DNA from: an uncultured Pelagibacteraceae bacterium
Lineage (GTDB): Bacteria; Pseudomonadota; Alphaproteobacteria; Pelagibacterales; Pelagibacteraceae
Assembly: GCA_902539195.1 (NCBI GenBank)
Contig: CACBHZ010000004.1
Location: 3,562 to 67,561 of the forward strand
Reading direction: 5' to 3'
DNA length: 64,000 nt
Shown: piece after piece, positions 8,278 through 17,901 of the stretch
Layout of the letters: every line of letters starts with the position of its first letter
How positions within the stretch are numbered: position 1 is the first letter of the stretch
The notes under the pieces: generated by a model
Seen by the model: only the letters and a program-made list of their open reading frames with translations
Told to the model about the DNA's origin: nothing
The model's database searches: none
Position numbers and translations under genes: made by a program

Positions 8278-9447
8278 TTAAGAAACTGATTTTTTATCGG
8301 CTATAAAACTTACAAAAATAATTAATACTAAAAAAGGTATACAAATAAGATTCATCATTTTCCATCCAATAGAATTTAGCAAAATTCCAGCAGATAAACT
8401 AGCCAAAGCCATAGTTGAAAAAACAATTAAATCATTTATCCCTTGTACTTTGAATTTTTCTTCTTTGTTATAAGTCAAAACTACTAAGCTGGTACCTGAT
8501 ATAAACAAAAAATTCCAACCAAGACCTAAAAAAATTAATGAAAGCATATAATTAAGATATGTCTGCTCAAACAAACTTAAAAGAACTGTAATAAAAAAAA
8601 ATAAAACTCCACCATAAATTATTGCACTGTGTCCATATTTTTTTATTAAATTACCTGTTATTAACGACGGTAAAAACATTGCAACTACATGAAATTGTAA
8701 TACTAACCCAGTTTCTTTTAAGCTCATATTTTCCATAACATGCATACTTAAAGGAGTTGCTGTCATTAAAAATGACATTACTGCATAAGCAAAAGCAGCT
8801 GCAGTAATTGCTTGTAAAAATTTTGGTTGTAATACTATAGATTTTAGATTTCTTATATTTCCTTCCTTTAGACTATCCTCCTGAACATTTTCTACATTTT
8901 TAAAAAAAAATAAAAAAACTCCAGGCATAAAAGAAAGGAAAGATAATAAAAGATAAGAACCAACATACAATTGATCCTGGATTAAATCTTTAGTGTAATT
9001 TGCGAGAGTTATGCCTAAAAATGCAGAAACAATTCCTGCTAACAAGAGAGTAGAAATTGCTTTTGGTATTTTGTCTTTTTCAACACTTTCAGCTGCTGCA
9101 AATCTATATTGATGATTAAATGCAGCACCCATTCCAAGAATTAAGCAAGATAGACAAAATAAATTAAAACTTTTCTGACTAATTGCAAAAGCAGCAAGTA
9201 GTGCTGAACAAGAACTTCCGATAGCCGCAAATACAAAACCATTTCTTCTTCCAATTTTGCTCATTATATTTGCCGCTAAGACAGTAAAACTTGCAGTTCC
9301 AACTACAAATAAAGCAGTTGGTAAGGTTGATAAAGATTGATTTGAGCTAATTTGGGAACCAACTATTCCACTGAGAAATACTGTTATTGTTGCTGTGGTA
9401 AAACCAAATATCTGACTTAACGTAAGTAAGGATAAATTTCTGTTCAT
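8278..9447 (-). CDS. MFS transporter
   Basis: MSKIGRRNGF motif A, QYRFAAAE, about 12 TM segments; start may be 9447 or 9456. Confidence 0.85.
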   Translation of the reverse strand: MNRNLSLLTLSQIFGFTTATITVFLSGIVGSQISSNQSLSTLPTALFVVGTASFTVLAANIMSKIGRRNGFVFAAIGSSCSALLAAFAISQKSFNLFCLSCLILGMGAAFNHQYRFAAAESVEKDKIPKAISTLLLAGIVSAFLGITLANYTKDLIQDQLYVGSYLLLSFLSFMPGVFLFFFKNVENVQEDSLKEGNIRNLKSIVLQPKFLQAITAAAFAYAVMSFLMTATPLSMHVMENMSLKETGLVLQFHVVAMFLPSLITGNLIKKYGHSAIIYGGVLFFFITVLLSLFEQTYLNYMLSLIFLGLGWNFLFISGTSLVVLTYNKEEKFKVQGINDLIVFSTMALASLSAGILLNSIGWKMMNLICIPFLVLIIFVSFIADKKSVS

Positions 9448-9530
9448 ATTTAGCAATAATATATTTCTGCTGTTATTTAATTATCTATATAGATGTTTAG
9501 TATTTTAATATAGAAGATATTATTTAAATT

Positions 9531-10232
9531 ATGATTGGAATATTAGGTGGAATGGGAACTCAAGCAGGCTTAGATTTTTGTGATAAGCTTGCAAAATTAA
9601 ACAGAGGAAAATTAGATCAAAAATATCCAATGTTTGTCCTTTATAATAAATCAAATACACCACGAAGAGCAGAAAATTTAAAGCAATACAAAAATGTTTT
9701 AAAAGAATTAATTGCTGGTTGTCAAATGCTGGAAAAAAATAAATGCAAGTTTATTGTAATGCCTTGTAACACAGCACATTACTGGCATGAAGATATTCAA
9801 AAAAAAATAAACGTGCCATTTCTTAGTATGCCAAAAGAAGTATATTTAAACACAAAAAAAAAATTTAAAAAAAATTCAACTATAGGAATATTATGTACTG
9901 AAGCTACTTTAGACACAAAAATCTACCATAAGTATTTTGAAAAAAATTATAATTTGATAAGTCCAAGTGAAGGATTACAAAAAAGTTCAGTAAATACTGC
10001 TATTAAATATGTAAAAAAAGGTAAAGTAAAAGATGCTGAAAAAGCATTAAGACCAGCAGTTAAATTTTTAATGAAAAAAAAATGTAAAAAAATAATTCTT
10101 GGTTGTACAGAACTACCAATAGCTATTTTTTCATACAAATCTTTTAAAAAAGCAAAAGACTCTAAAATATTTGTTGACCCAAATCTTTTGTTAGCTCAAG
10201 TGTGTATGAAAAAATATAAAAATTTAAAATAA
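9531..10232 (+). CDS. Aspartate/glutamate racemase family protein
   Basis: IGILGGMG and both catalytic Cys motifs, PCNTAH and LGCTELP. Confidence 0.9.
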   Translation: MIGILGGMGTQAGLDFCDKLAKLNRGKLDQKYPMFVLYNKSNTPRRAENLKQYKNVLKELIAGCQMLEKNKCKFIVMPCNTAHYWHEDIQKKINVPFLSMPKEVYLNTKKKFKKNSTIGILCTEATLDTKIYHKYFEKNYNLISPSEGLQKSSVNTAIKYVKKGKVKDAEKALRPAVKFLMKKKCKKIILGCTELPIAIFSYKSFKKAKDSKIFVDPNLLLAQVCMKKYKNLK

Positions 10233-10234
10233 AT

Positions 10235-10888
10235 TTAATTTTTTTTATTACAAATAAAGTATAATTTTCTTGGAAATGATCCTTCTTCAAAATACTCAAT
10301 ATTTAAGTTTTTAAATCCATTTGTTAAATTCAGTATTTTATCTTTAGAAAAAAAATGAATAATAAAACCATCTATTTCGTATAGATCTTCTCCTCTATGA
10401 ATTCCTTTTTTATAGTCTCCATCATCAGTATTTCTGACTGTGTAAATATTTAACCCTCCAGGTTTTAAAATTCTATGAATTTCGCTATTAAGTTTGTCCA
10501 AATCTTTCTGGGTTAAAGCCATGCAATAAAGCATATGTGAATAACAAGCATCAACTGAATTAGTTTCAAATGGTAAGTCTTCTCTTATGTCAAATTTTAA
10601 TGTTGAAATTGAAGATGTTAAATTTTCTTTTTTTATTTTTTCATTGATAATTTTAATTCCATTTTCACTATAGTCTAATGCTGTCACATTTATCGAATTC
10701 TTTCCAAAGTAAATGCTATCTCTTCCTAGACCTGCTCCTAGCTCAACAATTTTAGAATAATTGTTTTCTTTGAAAATATTTAAAGCTTTTTTTGCAGGTA
10801 AACTTGGTTCTAAACCAAACATCTCAGGCTTATTTGAGAAATTAGTTTCCCAATGCTGAGATTGTCGGTTTAAAATATTTTTATCCAA
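10235..10888 (-). CDS. Class I SAM-dependent methyltransferase
   Basis: VELGAGLGRD motif I, ALDYS, HRILKPGG; TTG start. Confidence 0.85.
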   Translation of the reverse strand: MDKNILNRQSQHWETNFSNKPEMFGLEPSLPAKKALNIFKENNYSKIVELGAGLGRDSIYFGKNSINVTALDYSENGIKIINEKIKKENLTSSISTLKFDIREDLPFETNSVDACYSHMLYCMALTQKDLDKLNSEIHRILKPGGLNIYTVRNTDDGDYKKGIHRGEDLYEIDGFIIHFFSKDKILNLTNGFKNLNIEYFEEGSFPRKLYFICNKKN

Positions 10889-10889
10889 T

Positions 10890-11549
10890 TTACTTAGAAG
10901 GATCTGGAACCTTTCTTAGATAAGGTTTTACAGTTTCCCATCCATCTGGATATATTTTTTTAGCTTCGTCATCTTTAATCGCTGGCAAAATAACAACATC
11001 CTCTCCCTTTTTCCAATTAGCAGGAGTAGCTACTTTATGTTTAGCTGTTAACTGCATAGAGTCTATTGCACGCAAAATCTCTAAAAAGTTTCTTCCAGTT
11101 GCCATAGGATATGTAAGATATAATCCAATTCTCTTATCAGGTCTGATTACAAAAATTGTTCTTACAGTTTCATTATCAACTGCAGTTCTACCCATTGAGG
11201 TTGTTCCAGCATCTGCTTCCAACATATTAAACAATTTTGCTACTTTTAAATCTTCATCAGCAATAATTGGATAATTTGGTTTTGTACCAGATACATCTTT
11301 AATATCATCTAGCCATTTTTTATGATCCTCTACCCCATCAACGCTTAAACCAATTACTTTGACATTTCTTTTATCGAATTCATCTTTCATTAATCCTAAA
11401 GCACCAAGTTCTGTAGTACAAACTGGTGTAAAATCTTTAGGGTGTGAAAAAATAACTCCCCAACTATCACCTAACCATTCGTGAAAAGAAATATCTCCTT
11501 CAGTTGTTTTAGCTTGAAAATCAGGACACATACTATTTATTTTTAACAT
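10890..11549 (-). CDS. 1-Cys peroxiredoxin (Prx6 subfamily)
   Basis: FSHPKDFTPVCTTE signature, TGRN, VATPANW. Confidence 0.95.
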   Translation of the reverse strand: MLKINSMCPDFQAKTTEGDISFHEWLGDSWGVIFSHPKDFTPVCTTELGALGLMKDEFDKRNVKVIGLSVDGVEDHKKWLDDIKDVSGTKPNYPIIADEDLKVAKLFNMLEADAGTTSMGRTAVDNETVRTIFVIRPDKRIGLYLTYPMATGRNFLEILRAIDSMQLTAKHKVATPANWKKGEDVVILPAIKDDEAKKIYPDGWETVKPYLRKVPDPSK

Positions 11550-11623
11550 TGTCTCCTCCTTATAAAAAAAATATTATATGAAAGATTGTTTTACTAAGCA
11601 AACTTTTATAAAGTTAAGTATTT

Positions 11624-12319
11624 ATGATATTTGAACAACTTTTCGATCAAAAATCTTCTACATACACTTATATAATTGCAAGTGGTGAAGGTAGAGAAGC
11701 ATTAATAATTGATCCAGTCATTGAACATTCTGATGAGTATTCAACTATATTAAATAATTTAGATCTTAAACTTGTAAAAGTAATTGATACTCACATTCAT
11801 GCTGATCACATCTCAGCATTAAATGAATTAAATAAAAGAACAAACTGTATAAGAGTTATGGGAGAAAAATCTAAATCAGAAGTGATAGATCTAAGAATTA
11901 AAGATGGTGAAAAAATTAAAGTTGAAGAAGTTGAACTTCAAGCAATTTATACTCCTGGTCATACTGACTGCTCTTATAGTTTTTTGATGAATGATAGAGT
12001 TTTTACTGGAGATACACTTTTAATAAATGGAAGTGGTAGAACAGATTTTCAAAATGGTAATGCTTACGATGCTTACGACTCTATATTTAATAAATTATTA
12101 AAATTACCCGAAAAAACTCTCGTATTTCCAGCTCATGATTATAATGGCAAGAAATTTTCCACTATTGAAAATGAAAAAAATAATAATCCAAGATTACAAG
12201 TAAGTTCAAAGGAAGAATACGCGGATATAATGAATAATCTAAATCTTGCAAATCCAAAAATGATGGATGTCGCAGTGCCAGCTAATGTAAAAGGGCTTAC
12301 TTTAGACAATATTAATTAA
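11624..12319 (+). CDS. Persulfide (sulfur) dioxygenase, ETHE1-like metallo-beta-lactamase
   Basis: SSTYTY, THIHADH, TPGHT, GRTDFQ, PAHDY, AVPAN. Confidence 0.88.
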   Translation: MIFEQLFDQKSSTYTYIIASGEGREALIIDPVIEHSDEYSTILNNLDLKLVKVIDTHIHADHISALNELNKRTNCIRVMGEKSKSEVIDLRIKDGEKIKVEEVELQAIYTPGHTDCSYSFLMNDRVFTGDTLLINGSGRTDFQNGNAYDAYDSIFNKLLKLPEKTLVFPAHDYNGKKFSTIENEKNNNPRLQVSSKEEYADIMNNLNLANPKMMDVAVPANVKGLTLDNIN

Positions 12320-12356
12320 CTTTAAATTCCAACATTAATAACTATATAGGCAGTCT

Positions 12357-12932
12357 ATGAATGACTATTTGCAATCAATTATTGATAGGGATCCAGCAGC
12401 AAGATCTAAGTTAAGTGTAATATTAACGTACCCTGGCGTTAAGGCTGTATTTTTTCACAGAATTGCAAATTTTTTTGCTACTGCAAAATTTGATCTTATC
12501 GCTAGAATAATTTCTCAATTTTCAAGATTTTTAACTGGTATTGAAATTCATCCAAGAGCTAAAATAGGTAAAAATTTATTTATTGATCACGGTATGGGCG
12601 TTGTTATAGGTGAAACATCTGACATTGCAGATAACGTAACAATTTATCATATGGTTACTTTAGGTGGAATATCTCCAAGCATAAATTCCAATGATCAAAG
12701 AGAAATTAAAAGACACCCTACTCTTCATGATAATGTAGTCGTTGGTTCAGGTGCACAGATTTTGGGGCCTGTAGTTGTAGGGAAAAATGCAAGAATTGGG
12801 GCTAATGCAGTTGTAACAAAAAATGTTCCTGAAAATGCTGTTATGGTAGGAATACCTGCTAAGAATGTTGGAACAGCAACTGAAGAATTTAAACCTTATG
12901 CTGTTACAAATGGCAATGAGGAAAAAGAATAA
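12357..12932 (+). CDS. cysE: Serine O-acetyltransferase
   Basis: [35 protein letters not shown]. Confidence 0.95.
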   Translation: MNDYLQSIIDRDPAARSKLSVILTYPGVKAVFFHRIANFFATAKFDLIARIISQFSRFLTGIEIHPRAKIGKNLFIDHGMGVVIGETSDIADNVTIYHMVTLGGISPSINSNDQREIKRHPTLHDNVVVGSGAQILGPVVVGKNARIGANAVVTKNVPENAVMVGIPAKNVGTATEEFKPYAVTNGNEEKE

Positions 12933-13933
12933 TGAAAAATTACAAGGATGATTTTATCCAATCAATTGGAAATACTCCTTTAATAAAACTAAAAGCTGCA
13001 TCTGAAATAACTGGTTGTAATATTTATGGTAAAGCCGAATATTTAAATCCAGGAGGATCTGTAAAAGACAGAGCAGCACTTGCTTTAATAAGGGATGCTG
13101 AACAAAAAAAATTAATATCTAAAGGTGGAATAATTGTAGAAGGAACTGCAGGAAACACTGGTATTGGTTTATGCCTTATTGGAAATTCACTTGGTTACAA
13201 AACGATTATTGTAATGAATGATAATCAAACTCAAGAAAAAAAAGATACTTTAAGAAATATTGGTGCAGATTTAAAATTAGTTCCACCAAAACCTTATAAA
13301 GATGAAAATAACTTTGTTAAGGTTGCTGCTAGAATGGCTGAAGAGCTAAAAAGTTCAAATAATCACGGAGTTGTTTGGGCAAATCAATTTGATAATACAG
13401 CAAACTCAAAAGGTCACTACAATACAACGGGTCCTGAGATATGGGAGCAAACAGAAGGTAAAGTTGATGGATTTGTATGTTCTTCTGGAACTGGAGGAAC
13501 AATTGGTGGAGTAAGTAGTTTTTTAAAAGAAAAAAATAAAGATATACAAATTTATCTATCAGATCCAAAGGGATCCTCTCTTTACAATCACATTGAACAC
13601 GGCGAGTTAAAATCTGAAGGTGGATCAATAACCGAAGGAATTGGATCCAGCAGAGTAACTGCTAATTTTGCAGAAGCAAAAATAGATGGAGCCTTTTCAA
13701 TTGAAGATAAAGAGTCTTTGCCAATACTATATGATTTAATCAAAAATGAGGGTTTAAGTCTTGGAACAAGTTGTGGAGTAAACATTGCAGGCGCAATAAG
13801 ATTGGGTAAAAAACTAGGTCCAGGAAAAACTATTGTCACTATTCTTTGTGACAAATCAGACAGATACAACTCAAAGATGTTTAATAAACCTTTTTTAATT
13901 GAAAAAGGTTTACCTTATCCCGATTGGATATAA
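12932..13933 (+). CDS. cysK: Cysteine synthase (O-acetylserine sulfhydrylase)
   Basis: NPGGSVKDR PLP lysine, EGTAGNTG, GTGGT, ITEGIG; coupled to cysE. Confidence 0.92.
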   Translation: MKNYKDDFIQSIGNTPLIKLKAASEITGCNIYGKAEYLNPGGSVKDRAALALIRDAEQKKLISKGGIIVEGTAGNTGIGLCLIGNSLGYKTIIVMNDNQTQEKKDTLRNIGADLKLVPPKPYKDENNFVKVAARMAEELKSSNNHGVVWANQFDNTANSKGHYNTTGPEIWEQTEGKVDGFVCSSGTGGTIGGVSSFLKEKNKDIQIYLSDPKGSSLYNHIEHGELKSEGGSITEGIGSSRVTANFAEAKIDGAFSIEDKESLPILYDLIKNEGLSLGTSCGVNIAGAIRLGKKLGPGKTIVTILCDKSDRYNSKMFNKPFLIEKGLPYPDWI

Positions 13934-14006
13934 TCACGCATATCAGGTTTGTTATAAAACCATTACATTCTTCCAAAAATTAATCTCATACTATTAGAAA
14001 GGTATT

Positions 14007-14405
14007 ATGAAAAAAATAATTTTAGTATTAATCTTAAGTTTATTTGCAGCTAATGTTTACGCAGATAGCCATGTAAAGAGAATTTTATCAACAAGTCAAA
14101 CAGGAATGGGAAATGATATTGTATACCCTACTGGAAAAGCAAAAATAACAGCTTTTGAATTTACTGTACCTGTAGGAGCTCCAGTAACTCCTCATACGCA
14201 CTCATTTCCAGTTTTAATTATGATCCAGCAAGGTGAAATTGAATTAATTCATGAAGGAAAAACCCAAGTATTCAAAGCTGGTGATGCATTTGTTGAAGAT
14301 GTTGGAATTATACACGAGTCGAAAAATATTGGAAATGTTCCAGTTAAAGCGATTGTAGTTGCAATTGGAGTTGAAGGTCAAAAAATTATGACTCCAGTTA
14401 AATAG
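14007..14405 (+). CDS. Secreted cupin-domain protein
   Basis: Signal peptide; PHTHSFP...QGE...KAGDAFVE...HESKN. Confidence 0.8.
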   Translation: MKKIILVLILSLFAANVYADSHVKRILSTSQTGMGNDIVYPTGKAKITAFEFTVPVGAPVTPHTHSFPVLIMIQQGEIELIHEGKTQVFKAGDAFVEDVGIIHESKNIGNVPVKAIVVAIGVEGQKIMTPVK

Positions 14406-14418
14406 AAAGGAAAAAGAA

Positions 14419-14709
14419 ATGATCATAAAAATAGAAGAAAATATAAAATCATTTTCATCTTGGGCTAATATGGTAAAGGCAAATGCTGAAAAAATTAAAG
14501 GATTTGGTGCTACTATTATCTTTGCTGGTGTATCTAAAGAAGACCCTACAAAATTTACTGTAATCGTTAAGTATGCAACCATGGAAGGTTTTGAAGCATT
14601 TAAAAATGACAAAGAACTTCATGCAGCAAGAGCTGAAGCGGGTGTGGATTTAGACTCAGCAAAGGTTACACCAATGCATGAAGATTTTATGGAAAATTTT
14701 AGTGGATAA
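14419..14709 (+). CDS. Small dimeric alpha/beta-barrel-like protein (DUF3764-like)
   Basis: 96 aa, strong RBS GAAAGGA; FAGVSKEDPTK...AGV pattern recalls DUF3764 (recognition only). Confidence 0.55.
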   Translation: MIIKIEENIKSFSSWANMVKANAEKIKGFGATIIFAGVSKEDPTKFTVIVKYATMEGFEAFKNDKELHAARAEAGVDLDSAKVTPMHEDFMENFSG

Positions 14710-14736
14710 ACAATCAATATAAAGAAAGGATAAAAG

Positions 14737-15027
14737 ATGGAAACAGAAACATTAGTCGTAGCTCACCTTAAAGAAGGGATGCTAGAAAAGTTTATGGGCT
14801 TTATGCAATCAGATGCTGGTATGGCAGAGAGATCGAAAGTTGCAAATGTATCAAAAACAATTGGAACAGTTGCACCTGACAAAAAAACAGTAATGTTTAA
14901 AATTTTTGTGACCGATAAAGCTGCCCTAAAAGCTTTTATAGATGGAAGCAATCCAGTATCAGCTCCAGTTATGAAAGAAGTTATGGAAAGTTACAGTGTC
15001 TACGAATTAAATAAAGTAGATATGTAA
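14737..15027 (+). CDS. Small hypothetical protein (possible alpha/beta barrel)
   Basis: 96 aa, RBS GAAAGGA at 14724-14730, tight packing with neighbours. Confidence 0.65.
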   Translation: METETLVVAHLKEGMLEKFMGFMQSDAGMAERSKVANVSKTIGTVAPDKKTVMFKIFVTDKAALKAFIDGSNPVSAPVMKEVMESYSVYELNKVDM

Positions 15028-15050
15028 TAATTTTTGTAATAAGGTTTGTA

Positions 15051-15341
15051 ATGCCTTCAGGATATATCATATTAAATATTAATGTGTTAAATCCTGAAAA
15101 TTACAAAGAGTATTTGGAAAAAGCTCCTCCAACTGCTCAAATGTTTGGTGGCGAATACATTATAAGAGGTGGCGAAAATGAAGTCATTGAAGGTGAGTGG
15201 AAATATCCAAGAACTGTTGTAATTAAATTCCCATCTTATGAAAAAGTTTTTGAGTGGTACAATTCAGAAATATATAAACCTATCAGACAAATTAGATTAG
15301 ATAATACAGTATCAAATACATTAATAATTAAAGGAGCATAA
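15051..15341 (+). CDS. DUF1330 domain protein
   Basis: FGGEYIIRGG..EVIEG, VIKFPSYE...WYNS..Y..IR..R. Confidence 0.9.
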   Translation: MPSGYIILNINVLNPENYKEYLEKAPPTAQMFGGEYIIRGGENEVIEGEWKYPRTVVIKFPSYEKVFEWYNSEIYKPIRQIRLDNTVSNTLIIKGA

Positions 15342-15352
15342 AGGAGAAAAAA

Positions 15353-15673
15353 ATGTCAATATTAGAAAAATATAGTGCTGCAATTAAAAATAAAGATGAA
15401 GCAGCAATGAACGAACTTTTGCATGATGATTTTAAATTCACAATGCATAAATCGGGGAGTGTTTTAACTAAAAGTGATGTTATCAAATGGGCAATGAGTG
15501 GTGATATCAAACAAGATAAAACTAGAATTGTTTATGAAAATGATGAAGTTGGTGTTCACCATGCGTTCGTAACATTTGATGACGGTAACGTAGAAGCAGT
15601 TATGGCAGTCTACAAATACCAAGATGGTAAAATGATTAGTTTAGAGACTGGCGCAACGCCAATGCGAAAATAA
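15353..15673 (+). CDS. Small NTF2/SnoaL-like protein
   Basis: AMNELLHDDFKF, YENDEVGVHH, KDGKMISLETGATP; AAGGAG RBS. Confidence 0.75.
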   Translation: MSILEKYSAAIKNKDEAAMNELLHDDFKFTMHKSGSVLTKSDVIKWAMSGDIKQDKTRIVYENDEVGVHHAFVTFDDGNVEAVMAVYKYQDGKMISLETGATPMRK

Positions 15674-16270
15674 GTGAACAACATAGATTTTTATTTTTCT
15701 ATTGGAAGTACTTATACCTATCTTTCCGTTACTCGAGCACTAGAAGCAGAAAAACAACATCAAATTAAGTTTAGCTGGACTCCTTTTAGTGTGAGAGCAA
15801 TAATGAAAGAAATGAACAATGTTCCCTTTCCTAAAGAAAAAAAAAATAAAGTAGATTACATGTGGAGGGACATAGAAAGACGAGCAAAAAATTATGGATT
15901 TTTTGCCAAAACACCAGTCCCTTACCCTTTAACAGAATTTGATTTAGCTAATAAAATTGCAATATTAGGTTTAAAAAATAACTGGGGTGTAGATTACGTT
16001 CAGCTTACATATAAACGATGGTTTCAAGAAGGAAAAGAGCCTGCTGTTGAACCCAACTTGAGTGAAATCTGCGAAAAACTAAGCTTAGATAAAGAAAAGA
16101 TTATTTCAGAGGCAAGCTCTGAGGAAATAAATAATATTTATTTATCAAATACAGAAAAAGCTAGAAAAAATAAAATATTTGGAAGTCCGTCATTTGTTGT
16201 AAAAAATGAAATATTCTGGGGAGATGATAGAATGGAAGATGCAATAAAATGGTCGAAGGCAAATGAATAA
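15674..16270 (+). CDS. 2-hydroxychromene-2-carboxylate isomerase / GST-kappa (DsbA-like) family protein
   Basis: IDFYFSIGSTYTY, FGSPSFVV..EIFWGDDR; GTG start. Confidence 0.88.
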   Translation: MNNIDFYFSIGSTYTYLSVTRALEAEKQHQIKFSWTPFSVRAIMKEMNNVPFPKEKKNKVDYMWRDIERRAKNYGFFAKTPVPYPLTEFDLANKIAILGLKNNWGVDYVQLTYKRWFQEGKEPAVEPNLSEICEKLSLDKEKIISEASSEEINNIYLSNTEKARKNKIFGSPSFVVKNEIFWGDDRMEDAIKWSKANE

Positions 16271-16598
16271 TACAACTGCTTATATAATTTTATTAATCGC
16301 AGTAATTCTTGGAACGGCATCAAATAGTTTTGCTAAAAGTGCTCAAGGTTTTACATTATTAATACCTAGTATAATCACAGCGGTAACAATTGTTGGATGC
16401 ATGTATACTTTGTCTTTAGTTATGAAAAGTATACCAGTTGGAATAACATATGCCTCTTTTGCAGGCTTATGTATAATTGCAACAGCTGCTGTTGGTGTTA
16501 TAAAATTTAACCAAGTACCAAATTTTTATACAATAATTGGATTGATTTTAATTATATCGGGCGTCTTAATAGTTAACTTATTAGGAACAAATAAATGA
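16263..16598 (+). CDS. SMR (small multidrug resistance) family transporter subunit
   Basis: 111 aa, 4 TM segments, KSAQGFT, IPVGITYA, IGLILIISGV. Confidence 0.85.
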   Translation: MNNTTAYIILLIAVILGTASNSFAKSAQGFTLLIPSIITAVTIVGCMYTLSLVMKSIPVGITYASFAGLCIIATAAVGVIKFNQVPNFYTIIGLILIISGVLIVNLLGTNK

Positions 16599-16930
16599 AA
16601 CCATTATCTGGTTATATTTATTTGGTATTAGCTATATCAACAGGAATTGCTGCAAATAGTTTTGCTAAAATTTCAGATGGATTTTCAAAATTAACTCCAA
16701 CGATATTATCAATAGCTTTTATGTGTATAACTATGTATGGACTTGCAAAAGCAATGTCTATGATACCAGTAGGTTTTACTTATGCTACTTATAGCGGGAC
16801 AACAGTGGCTGCTATTTTAGTCTTCGGGATGATTAGATATAACCAGATACCAAATATATACGGTTTAATTGGGATTTTTTTAATTATTATTGGCGTTGTA
16901 ATGGTTAATTATCTTGGGAGAATTAATTAG
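16595..16930 (+). CDS. SMR family transporter subunit (paralogue of the upstream gene)
   Basis: 111 aa, NSFAKISDGFSK, IPVGFTYA; clearly similar to 16263-16598. Confidence 0.85.
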   Translation: MKPLSGYIYLVLAISTGIAANSFAKISDGFSKLTPTILSIAFMCITMYGLAKAMSMIPVGFTYATYSGTTVAAILVFGMIRYNQIPNIYGLIGIFLIIIGVVMVNYLGRIN

Positions 16931-17826
16931 CTCTTATTTAATAATAAAATTAGTACACCTACTACAAATATAATTATCCCTAAAATTTCAGTAATTTTTA
17001 CTTTTTCTTTAAACATATACTTTGAAGACACATAACTAAATAATAATTCTATTTGGCCGATAGCTCTTACGAATGAAGACTGTATTAAGGTAAAAGCATA
17101 AAACCAAGATAATGTTGCGAGAAATCCAGCTAACCCAGCTGTCAAGCATTCATACTTGTTTTCATATAATTTTTTAAACTGTGACTTTTCAAATATAATT
17201 AAATAAATAGTAACTAATGTTGTTTGTATAACTAGACCAAAAAATAGTGTTGCTATAGCTTTTTCAAAGTTATTACTAAAATTTTCCAATGTTAATGCTG
17301 CTGCTCTAAAATATACAACGCTTAAACCTAGGAACAGTCCTGCGGATAAGCCAATTAAAGTTGTTTTTGAAAATAAGTTTTTTAGAAATAAACTTAAATC
17401 TTTAATCGATAGTATAATTACTCCAATTGTAGATACAATAATTCCTGTTATTCCAAATTTATTTAATTTGTCCCCTATTATCAAATATTCAAAAATCGCA
17501 ACCTGAATAACTTCAGTCTTACTTAATGAAGTTCCAACTACAAAATTAGCAAATCTAAATAAATAGAGTAAAACAAATGTAAAAATTATTTGGAAAATTG
17601 AACCTAATAATACGTTAAATATAAATTTTTTTTGGCTAAGAGTTTCAGGAATTACATTTAAATCTTGGAAATACAAAAAAAATAAAATTGTCCCAAATGG
17701 TAATGCAAAAGCAAATCTTACATAGGTAGATGCAATAGTTGATACTTTTTGATTAAGTTTTTTCTGTAAAGTTGATCTAAGATTTTGAAAAAAAGCTCCA
17801 GAAATAGCTACAATTATCCAATTCAT
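16927..17826 (-). CDS. DMT/EamA family transporter
   Basis: About 10 TM segments; AFFQNLRS.LQK, NFVVGT.LSKTE. Confidence 0.85.
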   Translation of the reverse strand: MNWIIVAISGAFFQNLRSTLQKKLNQKVSTIASTYVRFAFALPFGTILFFLYFQDLNVIPETLSQKKFIFNVLLGSIFQIIFTFVLLYLFRFANFVVGTSLSKTEVIQVAIFEYLIIGDKLNKFGITGIIVSTIGVIILSIKDLSLFLKNLFSKTTLIGLSAGLFLGLSVVYFRAAALTLENFSNNFEKAIATLFFGLVIQTTLVTIYLIIFEKSQFKKLYENKYECLTAGLAGFLATLSWFYAFTLIQSSFVRAIGQIELLFSYVSSKYMFKEKVKITEILGIIIFVVGVLILLLNKS

Positions 17827-17901
17827 TGATGATTATTAATATTGTATTTAATTTTAAAGTCGACTTAAATAGTCTCATTTAACAAAAAAGAGGGAAATAA
17901 C

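Noticed and set aside
14007-14405. Cupin as a DMSP lyase (DddK/DddQ/DddW)
   Set aside because: It has a signal peptide and lacks the HxHxxxE-x-Y pattern; the 732-1670 cupin also differs in size and lacks the motif 2 His. No support for either.
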